64,000 nucleotides of DNA, taken from positions 54,964 to 118,963 of the IMG/VR virus record IMGVR_UViG_3300033074_001783, one strand, 5' to 3'. The position numbers and the translations under genes are program-made. Positions 11,201 to 18,647 of the stretch are shown one piece after another. This DNA comes from a virus. Taxonomy: Duplodnaviria; Caudoviricetes. How positions within the stretch are numbered: the first letter of the stretch is position 1; each line of letters opens with the position of its first letter. A model generated the notes under the pieces. The model saw nothing but the letters and a program-made list of their open reading frames with translations, ran no database searches and was not told where the DNA came from.

Positions 11201-11585
11201 CGTAGTCATACTGTTCCTCCGTCATCCACTCAGACAAACTTGTTACTTGGCTTTTTTTAAGAAGAATGATTCTTGGATCATTCATTGCTTGAATGATCGG
11301 AGAGATGAAATCTTCTCTTGAATCATTCGCAAGATTGCCGTCATGATTACCAAGGAGAACATACAATGGAGCAATGTTTGAAAGTTTCTTAAAAGACCAA
11401 GAAACTTTTGTGATTGCTTCTGGTGTGATGTTTTGTGTTTTTGTGTGCCAAGTATCACCTGTGTTGATGATGATATCTGGTTTAATGTTTTTCAACTGCT
11501 CACACAGTTGTTCGTGAGCGTCAACATATTCTGCATGGCGCGTGAGACCGCGCCAATGTATGTCGCTGATGTGTGCTATTTTCAT
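8283..11585 (-). CDS. fused Mre11/SbcD nuclease - Rad50/SbcC ATPase (T4 gp47-gp46-like)
   Basis: N-terminal SDIH, TGD, GNHD, GDIH phosphoesterase motifs; Walker A GPNKTGKS; coiled coil with central PCGDMFPHC; signature GSGME; Walker B LIVDEGFGALD; H-loop VISH. Confidence 0.93.
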   Translation of the reverse strand: MKIAHISDIHWRGLTRHAEYVDAHEQLCEQLKNIKPDIIINTGDTWHTKTQNITPEAITKVSWSFKKLSNIAPLYVLLGNHDGNLANDSREDFISPIIQAMNDPRIILLKKSQVTSLSEWMTEEQYDYDYETKHPSVLLGNKVHLCVFSCFDKDGWQNVRRVPKEENKIRIALYHGSVAGCATDSDWRMTHGEEQLDFFREYDFAFLGDIHKQQFLSTRPDKDGVAKPWIGYPGSLIQQNYGEDETKGFYVWDIRAKDDWDVEFCPLQNKTPFISIPWMGSVRATLATVESLRGNSSFVPGTRVRVLANTLISQVEKRQLYQEIRENRQCEELSFKEDVTRNNLQSIQTGNVTICKTSLRNDVNSLVSLYKEYVASHLAKLEFTEAQLKEGEELIAKYVQKFKEQNNEESARDVIWAVKELEFSNLFRYGENNRVNFNKLSGIVGVFGPNKTGKSSVVSALMYGLFNTTEREIGRAVGHYINRSKRSAKCKVRFSANGTNYVVDRALALKEVKKGQEDVMATTTTLTFNRVDENGKLVPLGSENDITRNDTDKVIRKIIGTPADFQLTAYSSQGDISRFIDQGATQRKAILNRFLDLDIFGILNKYADDDYKAINARTSKYSTVEWDQAITTTEVLLENKKVDLVELEDTIREFRNEVDKLRVWLISNAQQVNTDELKAKLVKLEQELQTLTNVDLKKAHKLHEDAVMLGAKLALQLEESKTAFEKINIKEIEKLKNKLNNHKENLNKVNLSLQTESHVLKEQDKAVKKLETVPCGDMFPHCRFIKDGHEDKTKIQQQLVLVGDLTSKRDQENLQIVELTKMGIDAQLQTHATLAASITNLESKLQQCKTQIKLGLSEISATKEKIATKTSARDELAIAVANAPDTSELVAKNRELAQAKKLLAVAESSKNDLLMEIGQLGAKITQLTTERKEYQEVLSKLTILGSVQEAFSKNGIPAMVLKTQLPMLNNELSNILNNVVDFKLVLETEVSSNTLDVYIEDGHSKRIIELGSGMEKMIASLALRVALNNLSSLPRPDMLIVDEGFGALDEDSIQKCLQLLVMLKNHFKLILVISHIPQVKEVADKMIEVINTGLESKVEV

Positions 11586-11839
11586 GTACCTTTTACATCC
11601 ATTCTGACCAACCTTCTTGATTCAGTATTGTCCATAATCCCCAACATTTCTGCATGGGCAATTATCCATCCAATCCACCTAGCAGCTTTTTCGTTATCGG
11701 TGAACGATTGCATCTCTTTTATCATCCACAACAAATAACCGGGTTTGTTGGTCATGTTTTCTGTCTCGGTTGCATTGGGATTTGTTTGTAATATTCCAGA
11801 TGAGACAGCATTACACACATTGGGATAATATTTTAACAT
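11582..11839 (-). CDS. small hypothetical protein
   Basis: overlaps both neighbours; KAARWIGW core; start could be 11755. Confidence 0.55.
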   Translation of the reverse strand: MLKYYPNVCNAVSSGILQTNPNATETENMTNKPGYLLWMIKEMQSFTDNEKAARWIGWIIAHAEMLGIMDNTESRRLVRMDVKGT

Positions 11840-12843
11840 TGATTTAACCTGTACAAGAAAAGGTCTTTTGTTGTTATTGGTTTGGCTGTTTCACACAACT
11901 GTTTCACTTGGGCTTTAGTTAACTGGCCAAGATCGTTGTACTCGTTGGGAATGTCCAAATGCCTTATTTCAATGTCATATGACAACAACAGTTTGGTGAT
12001 GTTATAAGTTTTTTCCTTGGCGTCATTATCCAAACCGAGTAAAACAGGGGTGTTGTTTTCAATGATACGTTGAAACAATAAATAGTCTTTTGTGAGATCA
12101 CTGCCAAGCAAAGGAACAGTGTTGGGACCGCACTTTACAAGGTCAAAGGGACCTTCTACGAGAAGCACCTCTTTTGTCCAGTCTATGTTTATTTCATTAA
12201 ACACAACCGTTTCTCTTGGAAACTTGGGACCGTAATATTTTGGTTTGATTTTCTTTTTGATGGCTCTTGATGTAAAGAAATTCAAAATCCCATCTGTACC
12301 ATACGAAGGAATTATCACTCTGTCGGTATATTCAGCGTCTTGAGTTGCAACACCAAATCTGTAATACCACAGATCTTCTATTTCAAGCCCTCTGTTGAAA
12401 AGGTAATCCCTTGCTTCTTGCATCTGAACAGATTTGTTTTTAGTGCCAACAAGAGGTACAAATCCTTTTGGCAAAGATACAGAGATGTTCTCGTGCAGAT
12501 TTTCTTCTTTTTCAAGAAGATCATTGAATGTGGCAGAAAATGGTTTGCTGTGTCCTTCCTCTTCTTGAGAAGGCAGCATATCCGCAAACTCTGTCATAAA
12601 TTCATGAAGATTATCTGGGTGATACTTTTTTATCAAGCCAAGAACACTGCGACTCTTGTAAAGACAAACCCAACAGTGTGCCCAAAAACAATCTGTCCTA
12701 ATCACCAATTTTTTCTTGGTTTGCTCACCGGATGTTTCATGGCACACAGGACACAAAAAAGCTGCATTCAAACCGTTGTTTGACAGTTTGCTGTGTCCAA
12801 AGATCTTTTCTAGATGAGAGATTACTTCTCCGCGAGTATGCAC
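11833..12843 (-). CDS. DNA primase (DnaG/T4 gp61-like)
   Basis: zinc-binding CPVC...HCWVC, YLFNRGL, RVIIP, TOPRIM VEGPFD and LDND, DLG. Confidence 0.9.
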   Translation of the reverse strand: MHTRGEVISHLEKIFGHSKLSNNGLNAAFLCPVCHETSGEQTKKKLVIRTDCFWAHCWVCLYKSRSVLGLIKKYHPDNLHEFMTEFADMLPSQEEEGHSKPFSATFNDLLEKEENLHENISVSLPKGFVPLVGTKNKSVQMQEARDYLFNRGLEIEDLWYYRFGVATQDAEYTDRVIIPSYGTDGILNFFTSRAIKKKIKPKYYGPKFPRETVVFNEINIDWTKEVLLVEGPFDLVKCGPNTVPLLGSDLTKDYLLFQRIIENNTPVLLGLDNDAKEKTYNITKLLLSYDIEIRHLDIPNEYNDLGQLTKAQVKQLCETAKPITTKDLFLYRLNQC

Positions 12844-12874
12844 AGGGTGCAGCTTGGACTGTTGGAATTGATGA

Positions 12875-13144
12875 TTATAACTGTTTCACGCCACCATGTT
12901 TTTGACTTATGTGGTAACGTGTGGAGTGAGAGTTTGTTAAGGAGGTGTATTGACTTACCTTTTTGCTTTTTATTTCCAAAACTAAGGTATTCTTTTTGTT
13001 TGGTTTAATCTCAGGCCAGATGTCAACAAAACCATCATATTTTTGTGTGATCAACAAATCATAAAGCAGTTCTTGCGTTGCTTTGTCGGCTTGCATCTTG
13101 ATGGTATAACTCAAACGTTCTTGTTCTGTAATGGGTCTCAACAT
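12875..13144 (-). CDS. hypothetical protein
   Basis: ATG at 13144 (MLRPITEQ) avoids the 115-nt overlap of the longer track ORF. Confidence 0.55.
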   Translation of the reverse strand: MLRPITEQERLSYTIKMQADKATQELLYDLLITQKYDGFVDIWPEIKPNKKNTLVLEIKSKKVSQYTSLTNSHSTRYHISQKHGGVKQL

Positions 13145-13167
13145 GGATGCATCACCTGTCCTATTCC

Positions 13168-13755
13168 TTAATTGTGTGAAGGAAATAACAATTGACCGGC
13201 TTTTACAATAACAAACGAGTCGTTCATGTCTTTGTTGATGGCGTTGTATACGGTCTGTCCTTTGACTATATGTGTGATCCAAGGAAACTCAGGATGCATG
13301 GCGAGAGTCTGTTGGAAAACCTGATCTTTTTGATTCTTTCCTTTGACCTTGTAGCCAAGCTTTGATCTGGCCGAGATAACGTTTACGTCTTGAATCTCGC
13401 AACCGAAAATCTTTCTTGACAAGTAACAAACAATCCCATTGAACTTGGCAAGTGTGAGTACCGTGTCGGCGCTGCTTTGAGCAGAGAACCTCTTAGCATT
13501 TTCTTCCACAAAGATCCTTCTAACGCCACCTGTAGGAATTTGCAGATTTCGTAAAAGCCTCTCCATCTCATCTGCCTTATCCCAGAGAGTTGGGAATTTT
13601 GGACCTAACTGGAAAGCTTTAAGACAGGCCAGTTGTCCAGTAGAGGTGAGGAGAGCAAGGCCAGTGCAACTTGTTGAGATGTCAAGTCCAAGGTCGTAGG
13701 GACCTTCTGCAAGGAATTCAATTCGTTCAACTTCTTGATTGTGTGATTTGCCCAT
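13168..13755 (-). CDS. RuvC-like Holliday junction resolvase
   Basis: LGLDISTSCTG, IFVEE, LAKFNGIV, KDQV and DMNDS give the RNase H-fold D-E-D-D set. Confidence 0.82.
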   Translation of the reverse strand: MGKSHNQEVERIEFLAEGPYDLGLDISTSCTGLALLTSTGQLACLKAFQLGPKFPTLWDKADEMERLLRNLQIPTGGVRRIFVEENAKRFSAQSSADTVLTLAKFNGIVCYLSRKIFGCEIQDVNVISARSKLGYKVKGKNQKDQVFQQTLAMHPEFPWITHIVKGQTVYNAINKDMNDSFVIVKAGQLLFPSHN

Positions 13756-14108
13756 ATTTCAAATATAACTCCATTTTGTTCGCACCATACCCTAGCAGCG
13801 TTGCTTTTTTTAATCACCAAGGCGTTGGCTATTTTGTCTCCTCGTTTTACCTCAATCAGTTTACGGGTTCCATCTTTGTAGACAACTAGGAAATCAGGGT
13901 AATATCTACGAACTCTACCAGTTTTCAAATTGGAAATATAGGGAATAACAATGGATTCGTATGAATAGGAAACTACATTTTGATCTTGATCAAAATAGGT
14001 TGCAGCAACGAGCTCCCATCCAGACCTGTAATGCATAGGTCCGTTGGAAAGTTTCTCACTTGTGTGGATTCCTGTTTTGTATCTACTTTTTCTCTTCTTC
14101 TTTTTCAT
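13605..14108 (-). CDS. head completion nuclease (T4 gp4-like, TnsA_N PD-(D/E)XK fold)
   Basis: YRSGWE, YSYESIVIPY, RRYYPDF, LIEVK, K..AA..WC motifs; ATG at 14108 preferred over TTG at 14126. Confidence 0.85.
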   Translation of the reverse strand: MKKKKRKSRYKTGIHTSEKLSNGPMHYRSGWELVAATYFDQDQNVVSYSYESIVIPYISNLKTGRVRRYYPDFLVVYKDGTRKLIEVKRGDKIANALVIKKSNAARVWCEQNGVIFEIWANHTIKKLNELNSLQKVPTTLDLTSQQVALALLSSPLLDNWPVLKLSS

Positions 14109-14109
14109 G

Positions 14110-14133
14110 TAATGGAACCTAACCAATAGGAGA
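14110..14133 (-). repeat. 24-nt motif copy 1: TCTCCTATTGGTTAGGTTCCATTA
   Basis: 22/24 identical (17-nt exact core) to 48541..48564 on the opposite strand. Confidence 0.6.
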
Positions 14134-14820
14134 TCATTGTTTCAAGGAACTGTAAAATTGGAATGCCATTCTTATCATCACTGAATCAAACATGCGATAA
14201 ATTTCAGTATTTGTTTTTTGTAGTGTTTTCATGGTTTCTTCGTTTTTTTGAACAAGGGAAGAGAAGTTCACTGGTTGTTTGATGGCAAATGCATAGTTCA
14301 AATTTTCATCGTTTCCAAGGTTTGATTCATCGGAAAAAGAACCTTCAGATGGCATCTTTTTGATGTAGAATTCGTTTGCCCGATTAGTGAGATAATAAGC
14401 CCAAACTCTTCGTGCAAACTGAGACACATGTTTGCGATCAGAGGATAAAAATTCTGGTGATATGGAACTCATTGCAATATCGTACATTGGAGGTCCATAT
14501 CCTTTCAGGGCCGCGGCATAGCCAACATTCCAAGCACCAAACTCAGCCAAGTTTTCGTTTTTGATTTCCATGTAACCAACAATCACTTGTGGAGCAGCTT
14601 GCCTTAGAGATTCTTTTTCTTTTGCTTTTGGGTTGTTTGTAACAAATTTCAACAGTGTTTCTGGTTTATAGAAAATGAAATCTCGGTTTGTGCCATCATC
14701 ATCTACAAAAAGAGCAATTCCTTGTGATGCCAATGAATCAACAGAAACAGCAGCTTCATCCAGCAACTCTTCCGACAAAACCGATTCTGTCAATGATTTT
14801 AAAAGCAAGGATGATTTCAT
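14134..14820 (-). CDS. GNAT-like paralog 7 of 7 with acidic leader (putative internal head protein)
   Basis: leader LTESVLSEELLDEAA; core WNVGYAAALKGYGPPMYDIAMS...SDRKHVSQFARRVW. Confidence 0.75.
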   Translation of the reverse strand: MKSSLLLKSLTESVLSEELLDEAAVSVDSLASQGIALFVDDDGTNRDFIFYKPETLLKFVTNNPKAKEKESLRQAAPQVIVGYMEIKNENLAEFGAWNVGYAAALKGYGPPMYDIAMSSISPEFLSSDRKHVSQFARRVWAYYLTNRANEFYIKKMPSEGSFSDESNLGNDENLNYAFAIKQPVNFSSLVQKNEETMKTLQKTNTEIYRMFDSVMIRMAFQFYSSLKQ

Positions 14821-15467
14821 GAAAAATAACGTCCTTCAAAATATTTCATTGCCAGTTCAACCAATTCTTCTTCTGCTAGTTTTGGTTCAGACAACTTCCT
14901 CATTGTTTGTTTGTTGTTTACAACAAGTTTACCAAAATCTATTTTGTTTTTGATTGCGAACATGTAGTTCAAAGCTTTGTCATTTGGTTGCACGTCGTGC
15001 CAGCAAGCACCTTTTGGTGAAACTTGTTTGATCATGTAATCGTTTGCTCTTACGGTTAGCATGTAGTTCCAAACTTTTCTAGCTTGTTTACTTACGTTTT
15101 CTCTGTCTGCCGTTAGCAATTGTGGGCTTATGATACTCATTGCAATGTCGTACATCAAAGGACCATAGCCTTGCCTTGCTGCAATGGAGGAAACCACCCA
15201 ACCACCACAAAGTTTTTCGTAAGAAGAAGTTATTGCCATATAACCAACGACAACATATTCCGGTTCTATTGATTCTTGTTCATTCATCAAAGAAATAAAT
15301 TCATTTGGCTCATACAAAACTATGAATTTGGTAGCTCCTCCGTCTTTTATCAACAAAGCATAACCTTCGTTGAGAGCATCACCAACTGATCTGGCTGCTT
15401 CATCCAGTATCTCTTCTTTGATTGTTTCTTCGGTTAAGAATTCAACAATTTGCTGTACACTCATCAT
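14817..15467 (-). CDS. GNAT-like paralog 6 of 7 with acidic leader
   Basis: LTEETIKEEILDEAA; AARQGYGPLMYDIAMS...ADRENVSKQARKVWNYMLTVRANDY; 4-nt overlaps. Confidence 0.75.
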   Translation of the reverse strand: MMSVQQIVEFLTEETIKEEILDEAARSVGDALNEGYALLIKDGGATKFIVLYEPNEFISLMNEQESIEPEYVVVGYMAITSSYEKLCGGWVVSSIAARQGYGPLMYDIAMSIISPQLLTADRENVSKQARKVWNYMLTVRANDYMIKQVSPKGACWHDVQPNDKALNYMFAIKNKIDFGKLVVNNKQTMRKLSEPKLAEEELVELAMKYFEGRYFS

Positions 15468-16117
15468 CCACCAATTTTCAATCCAAAGAATATGAAACCT
15501 GCATCTTGAATAAGCTCTGCAATGTTTTCTTCGTTCAATCCATCGTCATTCACCATGTTTTGTATACATCTTTGGTGGTTCGCAATCAAAGGTTTGTAGT
15601 TGACCGGATCTTTGATTGCGAACGAGTATCTCATTGCAGCGTCACCGTTTTCATTTCCATGTTTGCAGTTTTGCCCGACGGGTTGAATGTTGTAATCATT
15701 TGCTCTTACAGTCAGCATGTAAGCCCAAACTCTTCGTGCAGACTCAGAGGTGTCTCTTCTGTCGGCCATTAAACTTTCCGGGGATATACGACTCATTGCC
15801 ATGTCATACAACACAGGACCATAGCCACGTTCTGCACCTGCCATTTTCGTAACCCAAGCATTGCAGTCGTCGTCTTTGGCCATGCTGAAATAGCCAACAA
15901 TCGCGGCTTCAGCAACAGCCTCATACCCTTCGCTATATTTCTCTCTCAACACGTCTGGTCTGTACAGGATGAATTTGCAGATTCCTCTACCGTAATCTTC
16001 CACTAGGAGTGCGATGTCCTCAAAATCCAAATCTGCAATTTGTTTTGCAGCTTCGTCCAACAACTCTTCTGAAAGAACGTTCTCAGCAAGAGATCGTATT
16101 ATCTTGTTTTTTTTCAT
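15464..16117 (-). CDS. GNAT-like paralog 5 of 7 with acidic leader
   Basis: LAENVLSEELLDEAA; GAERGYGPVLYDMAMS...ADRRDTSESARRVW. Confidence 0.75.
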   Translation of the reverse strand: MKKNKIIRSLAENVLSEELLDEAAKQIADLDFEDIALLVEDYGRGICKFILYRPDVLREKYSEGYEAVAEAAIVGYFSMAKDDDCNAWVTKMAGAERGYGPVLYDMAMSRISPESLMADRRDTSESARRVWAYMLTVRANDYNIQPVGQNCKHGNENGDAAMRYSFAIKDPVNYKPLIANHQRCIQNMVNDDGLNEENIAELIQDAGFIFFGLKIGG

Positions 16118-16767
16118 TTTTCTCTTGTCCTGTACTTCTCGTTGAAGAATTCTGTTTCACTTGAGGTAATAATTTGCTGTAAGTCTTCAATCGGATACGA
16201 ATATGTCTTCATTAAGTATTCAATTGTTTTGTTGTGATTTTCAACAAGAGATTTGTAGTCAATCGGATTTTTGATTGCAAAGGCATGATTCAAAGCAGGT
16301 TCATTTTGATGGAGTGGAGCAGGAGATGGTTTCACCTCATACTCGTTCGCTCTTAAAGTTAGGTTGTGATTCCAGATTTTCTTTGCAGCCTTGGAAACAG
16401 ATGACAAATCAGAACGCAAAAAATCAGGTTTGATGTATGACATTAAAATATCATACATCAAAGGACCGTAACCTTGAACTGCCGCAGAACCAGTCACAAT
16501 CCATGTGTGTTTGTAATTGTTGCTTTTTTTGGCTGCAATCGTACCAATGGTCATCAAGAGTTTGTTGCTTCTTGAAGCAAACCCGTCTATAATCATGTTT
16601 TCAAGAATGTTGGGATCATACAAGGCAAATGTTGTCTCGTTGTTTTGTGAAATATACAAAGCAAGATGACTGGCATCTCCGATGGATTTGGCAACTTCGT
16701 CCAACAGTTCTTCCGACATTGCCTCTGAAATGATTTTGTCAACTATTTGGTTTAAATTTGATTTCAA
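16114..16767 (-). CDS. GNAT-like paralog 4 of 7 with acidic leader
   Basis: IISEAMSEELLDEVA; SAAVQGYGPLMYDILMS...SDLSSVSKAAKKIW; TTG at 16767 preferred (track gives 16791). Confidence 0.75.
   Translation of the reverse strand: MKSNLNQIVDKIISEAMSEELLDEVAKSIGDASHLALYISQNNETTFALYDPNILENMIIDGFASRSNKLLMTIGTIAAKKSNNYKHTWIVTGSAAVQGYGPLMYDILMSYIKPDFLRSDLSSVSKAAKKIWNHNLTLRANEYEVKPSPAPLHQNEPALNHAFAIKNPIDYKSLVENHNKTIEYLMKTYSYPIEDLQQIITSSETEFFNEKYRTREK
16254..16304. repeat. 51-bp exact direct repeat, copy 1 (paralog 4)
   Basis: tgtagtcaatcggatttttgattgcaaaggcatgattcaaagcaggttcat identical to 16876..16926. Confidence 0.92.
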
Positions 16768-17380
16768 AATATTTATTGCCCCCTCTCTCAATTGCGTGCA
16801 AAACTGTTGGTGTTTTCACATTGTATATTCTGTCTAACATCGCTACAGTTTTTACATGGTTTGTTAACAGCTTGCTGTAGTCAATCGGATTTTTGATTGC
16901 AAAGGCATGATTCAAAGCAGGTTCATCCCTGTTGTCAGAAATTTGTTTAATGATAAAATCGTTTGGTCTTACGGTCAACATGTAGTTCCAAACTTTTCTA
17001 GCAGAACTTGAAACACTGCTTCTATCTGAAGTAAGATAACCCGGCGAAACAGCCGACATGGTGATGTCGTAAAGTAAAGGTCCAAATCCTTTTTCCGCTG
17101 CTGAACCACCTATTACCCAAGCGTCCAGAGTGTTTTTAAACTCCGCATACATTGTCGCAACAATTATGTTGCTCAATCCTTTATCTGAGTAGTCATTGTT
17201 TTCAACGAGGTCTTCCAACTCTTTGGGGCTGTACAGATCAATATAAATTTCCGTGTTGTTTTTCTTGACACAAAGTGCCAAACCTTCTTGAATAGCGGAA
17301 CCAATGTCTACGGCTGCTTCATCAAGAAATTCTTCATCTAGTGTTTGTTCCGTAAGTGTACGAATTATGTTATTTGTCAT
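16739..17380 (-). CDS. GNAT-like paralog 3 of 7 with acidic leader
   Basis: LTEQTLDEEFLDEAA; SAAEKGFGPLLYDITMS...SDRSSVSSSARKVW. Confidence 0.75.
   Translation of the reverse strand: MTNNIIRTLTEQTLDEEFLDEAAVDIGSAIQEGLALCVKKNNTEIYIDLYSPKELEDLVENNDYSDKGLSNIIVATMYAEFKNTLDAWVIGGSAAEKGFGPLLYDITMSAVSPGYLTSDRSSVSSSARKVWNYMLTVRPNDFIIKQISDNRDEPALNHAFAIKNPIDYSKLLTNHVKTVAMLDRIYNVKTPTVLHAIERGGNKYFEIKFKPNS
16876..16926. repeat. 51-bp exact direct repeat, copy 2 (paralog 3)
   Basis: identical to 16254..16304. Confidence 0.92.
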
Positions 17381-17994
17381 GTTTCACCTGACATTACGGT
17401 AAAAAAATGATCTCCCGAATTAAGCAGCGTTCTTGTGGCATTTGTGTTTTTCATTTTTTTCATCAATGATTCATGTCTTGCCACAAGAGAAGAAAAATCA
17501 ATCGGATTTTTGATTGAAAATACACGTTTTAATTCTTCTTCTTGGTAACCAGCTAAACATTTGTTACCTTGTAGTTTTTTGGTGTTGAAATCGTGTGCCC
17601 TAACAGTCAACATGTAAGCCCAAACTCTTCTAGCTTGTAGTGATACAGAGTTCCTATCGGCTCCAAGATAATCAGGTGCGATAGCACTCATCGCAATATC
17701 ATACATCAAAGGACCGTAACCTTTTAATGCTGCGGAATATTGAACAAACCAAACATCACAGTTTTGATTATAAGTGATATTTATAAATCCTACAATTGAA
17801 TCTGTTAAAAGTTGGGTGCCAGATTTGAAAGACCAAGCAAATACCTCTGGTCTATAAAGAACAAACTGTTTCCCCAGACCATCTTTATGATACAGCAAAG
17901 CCAATTTTTCTTGGTCTGATTGCTGAATGGTTTTTGCTGCTTCGTCAAGAATTTCTTCCGACAACACATTTTCTATGAGTTGATTTAATTTCAT
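17377..17994 (-). CDS. GNAT-like paralog 2 of 7 with acidic leader
   Basis: LIENVLSEEILDEAA; SAALKGYGPLMYDIAMS...ADRNSVSLQARRVW; ATGA overlap at 17994. Confidence 0.75.
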   Translation of the reverse strand: MKLNQLIENVLSEEILDEAAKTIQQSDQEKLALLYHKDGLGKQFVLYRPEVFAWSFKSGTQLLTDSIVGFINITYNQNCDVWFVQYSAALKGYGPLMYDIAMSAIAPDYLGADRNSVSLQARRVWAYMLTVRAHDFNTKKLQGNKCLAGYQEEELKRVFSIKNPIDFSSLVARHESLMKKMKNTNATRTLLNSGDHFFTVMSGET

Positions 17995-18632
17995 GACCAC
18001 CTTCTGTTGAACTCTTCTTCCGCAGCACCTTCCAAGGTCATCGCGTATTGGTCCTCAATGTACATATCCTCCGCTTTTTTAAGCCAATCAAGATGAGTGT
18101 AAAGAAGAGGTTTGTAATCAATCGGATTTTTGATTGAGAAGGCATAGTTGAGAAAATCTGGTTTTCCCAAACCGTTTTTGTCGTAAAAACTACAACCGGC
18201 GGGTTTGATGTTGTAATCATTAGAACGCACGGTAAACATGTAGTTCCAAATTTTCCTAGCAGATGCAGATACACGTCTTCTGTCCGAGATAAGAAATTCT
18301 GGAGCGATGTAAGACATGGCCAAATCATACATCAAAGGGCCATATCCTTTTTGTGCAACCGTTGTTGTGATTTCCCATGCACCACACTCGCTTACATCCG
18401 TTTCAAAAAATATACTTCCAACAACAAGTTCTGTGCTGCTTACGCTCTCACGTTGTTGAATTCTTGGAATTATCAATTTTGGTTCGTAAAGGATCATTCT
18501 GATGGATTCATTCTGATCATCAACATACAAAGCCAAACCGTTGTTTATTGCGTCTTGTGCCGAAGACGCAGCTTCGTCCAACAACTCTTCTTGTAGAGTT
18601 CGTTCAACAAGCAGATCTAAAAGTGGTTGCAT
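17991..18632 (-). CDS. GNAT-like paralog 1 of 7 with acidic leader
   Basis: LVERTLQEELLDEAA; VAQKGYGPLMYDLAMS...SDRRRVSASARKIW. Confidence 0.75.
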   Translation of the reverse strand: MQPLLDLLVERTLQEELLDEAASSAQDAINNGLALYVDDQNESIRMILYEPKLIIPRIQQRESVSSTELVVGSIFFETDVSECGAWEITTTVAQKGYGPLMYDLAMSYIAPEFLISDRRRVSASARKIWNYMFTVRSNDYNIKPAGCSFYDKNGLGKPDFLNYAFSIKNPIDYKPLLYTHLDWLKKAEDMYIEDQYAMTLEGAAEEEFNRRWS

Positions 18633-18637
18633 GTTCT

Positions 18638-18643
18638 TAAATA
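18638..18643 (-). promoter_or_regulatory. candidate late-promoter motif TANTTA (TATTTA) heading the paralog array
   Basis: 5 nt upstream of ATG 18632 in a 15-bp gap. Confidence 0.4.
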
Positions 18644-18647
18644 CCGT

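Noticed and set aside
13168-14126. Tn7 TnsA or TnpB/Cas12-like RuvC mobile element
   Set aside because: No TnsB/C, terminal repeats or zinc ribbon; sizes and context fit a gp4-like head-completion nuclease and a resolvase
14134-18632. Diversity-generating retroelement (TR/VR) behind the array repeats
   Set aside because: No reverse transcriptase in the window; shared tracts are exact and lie in conserved coding blocks, with no adenine-specific mismatches seen
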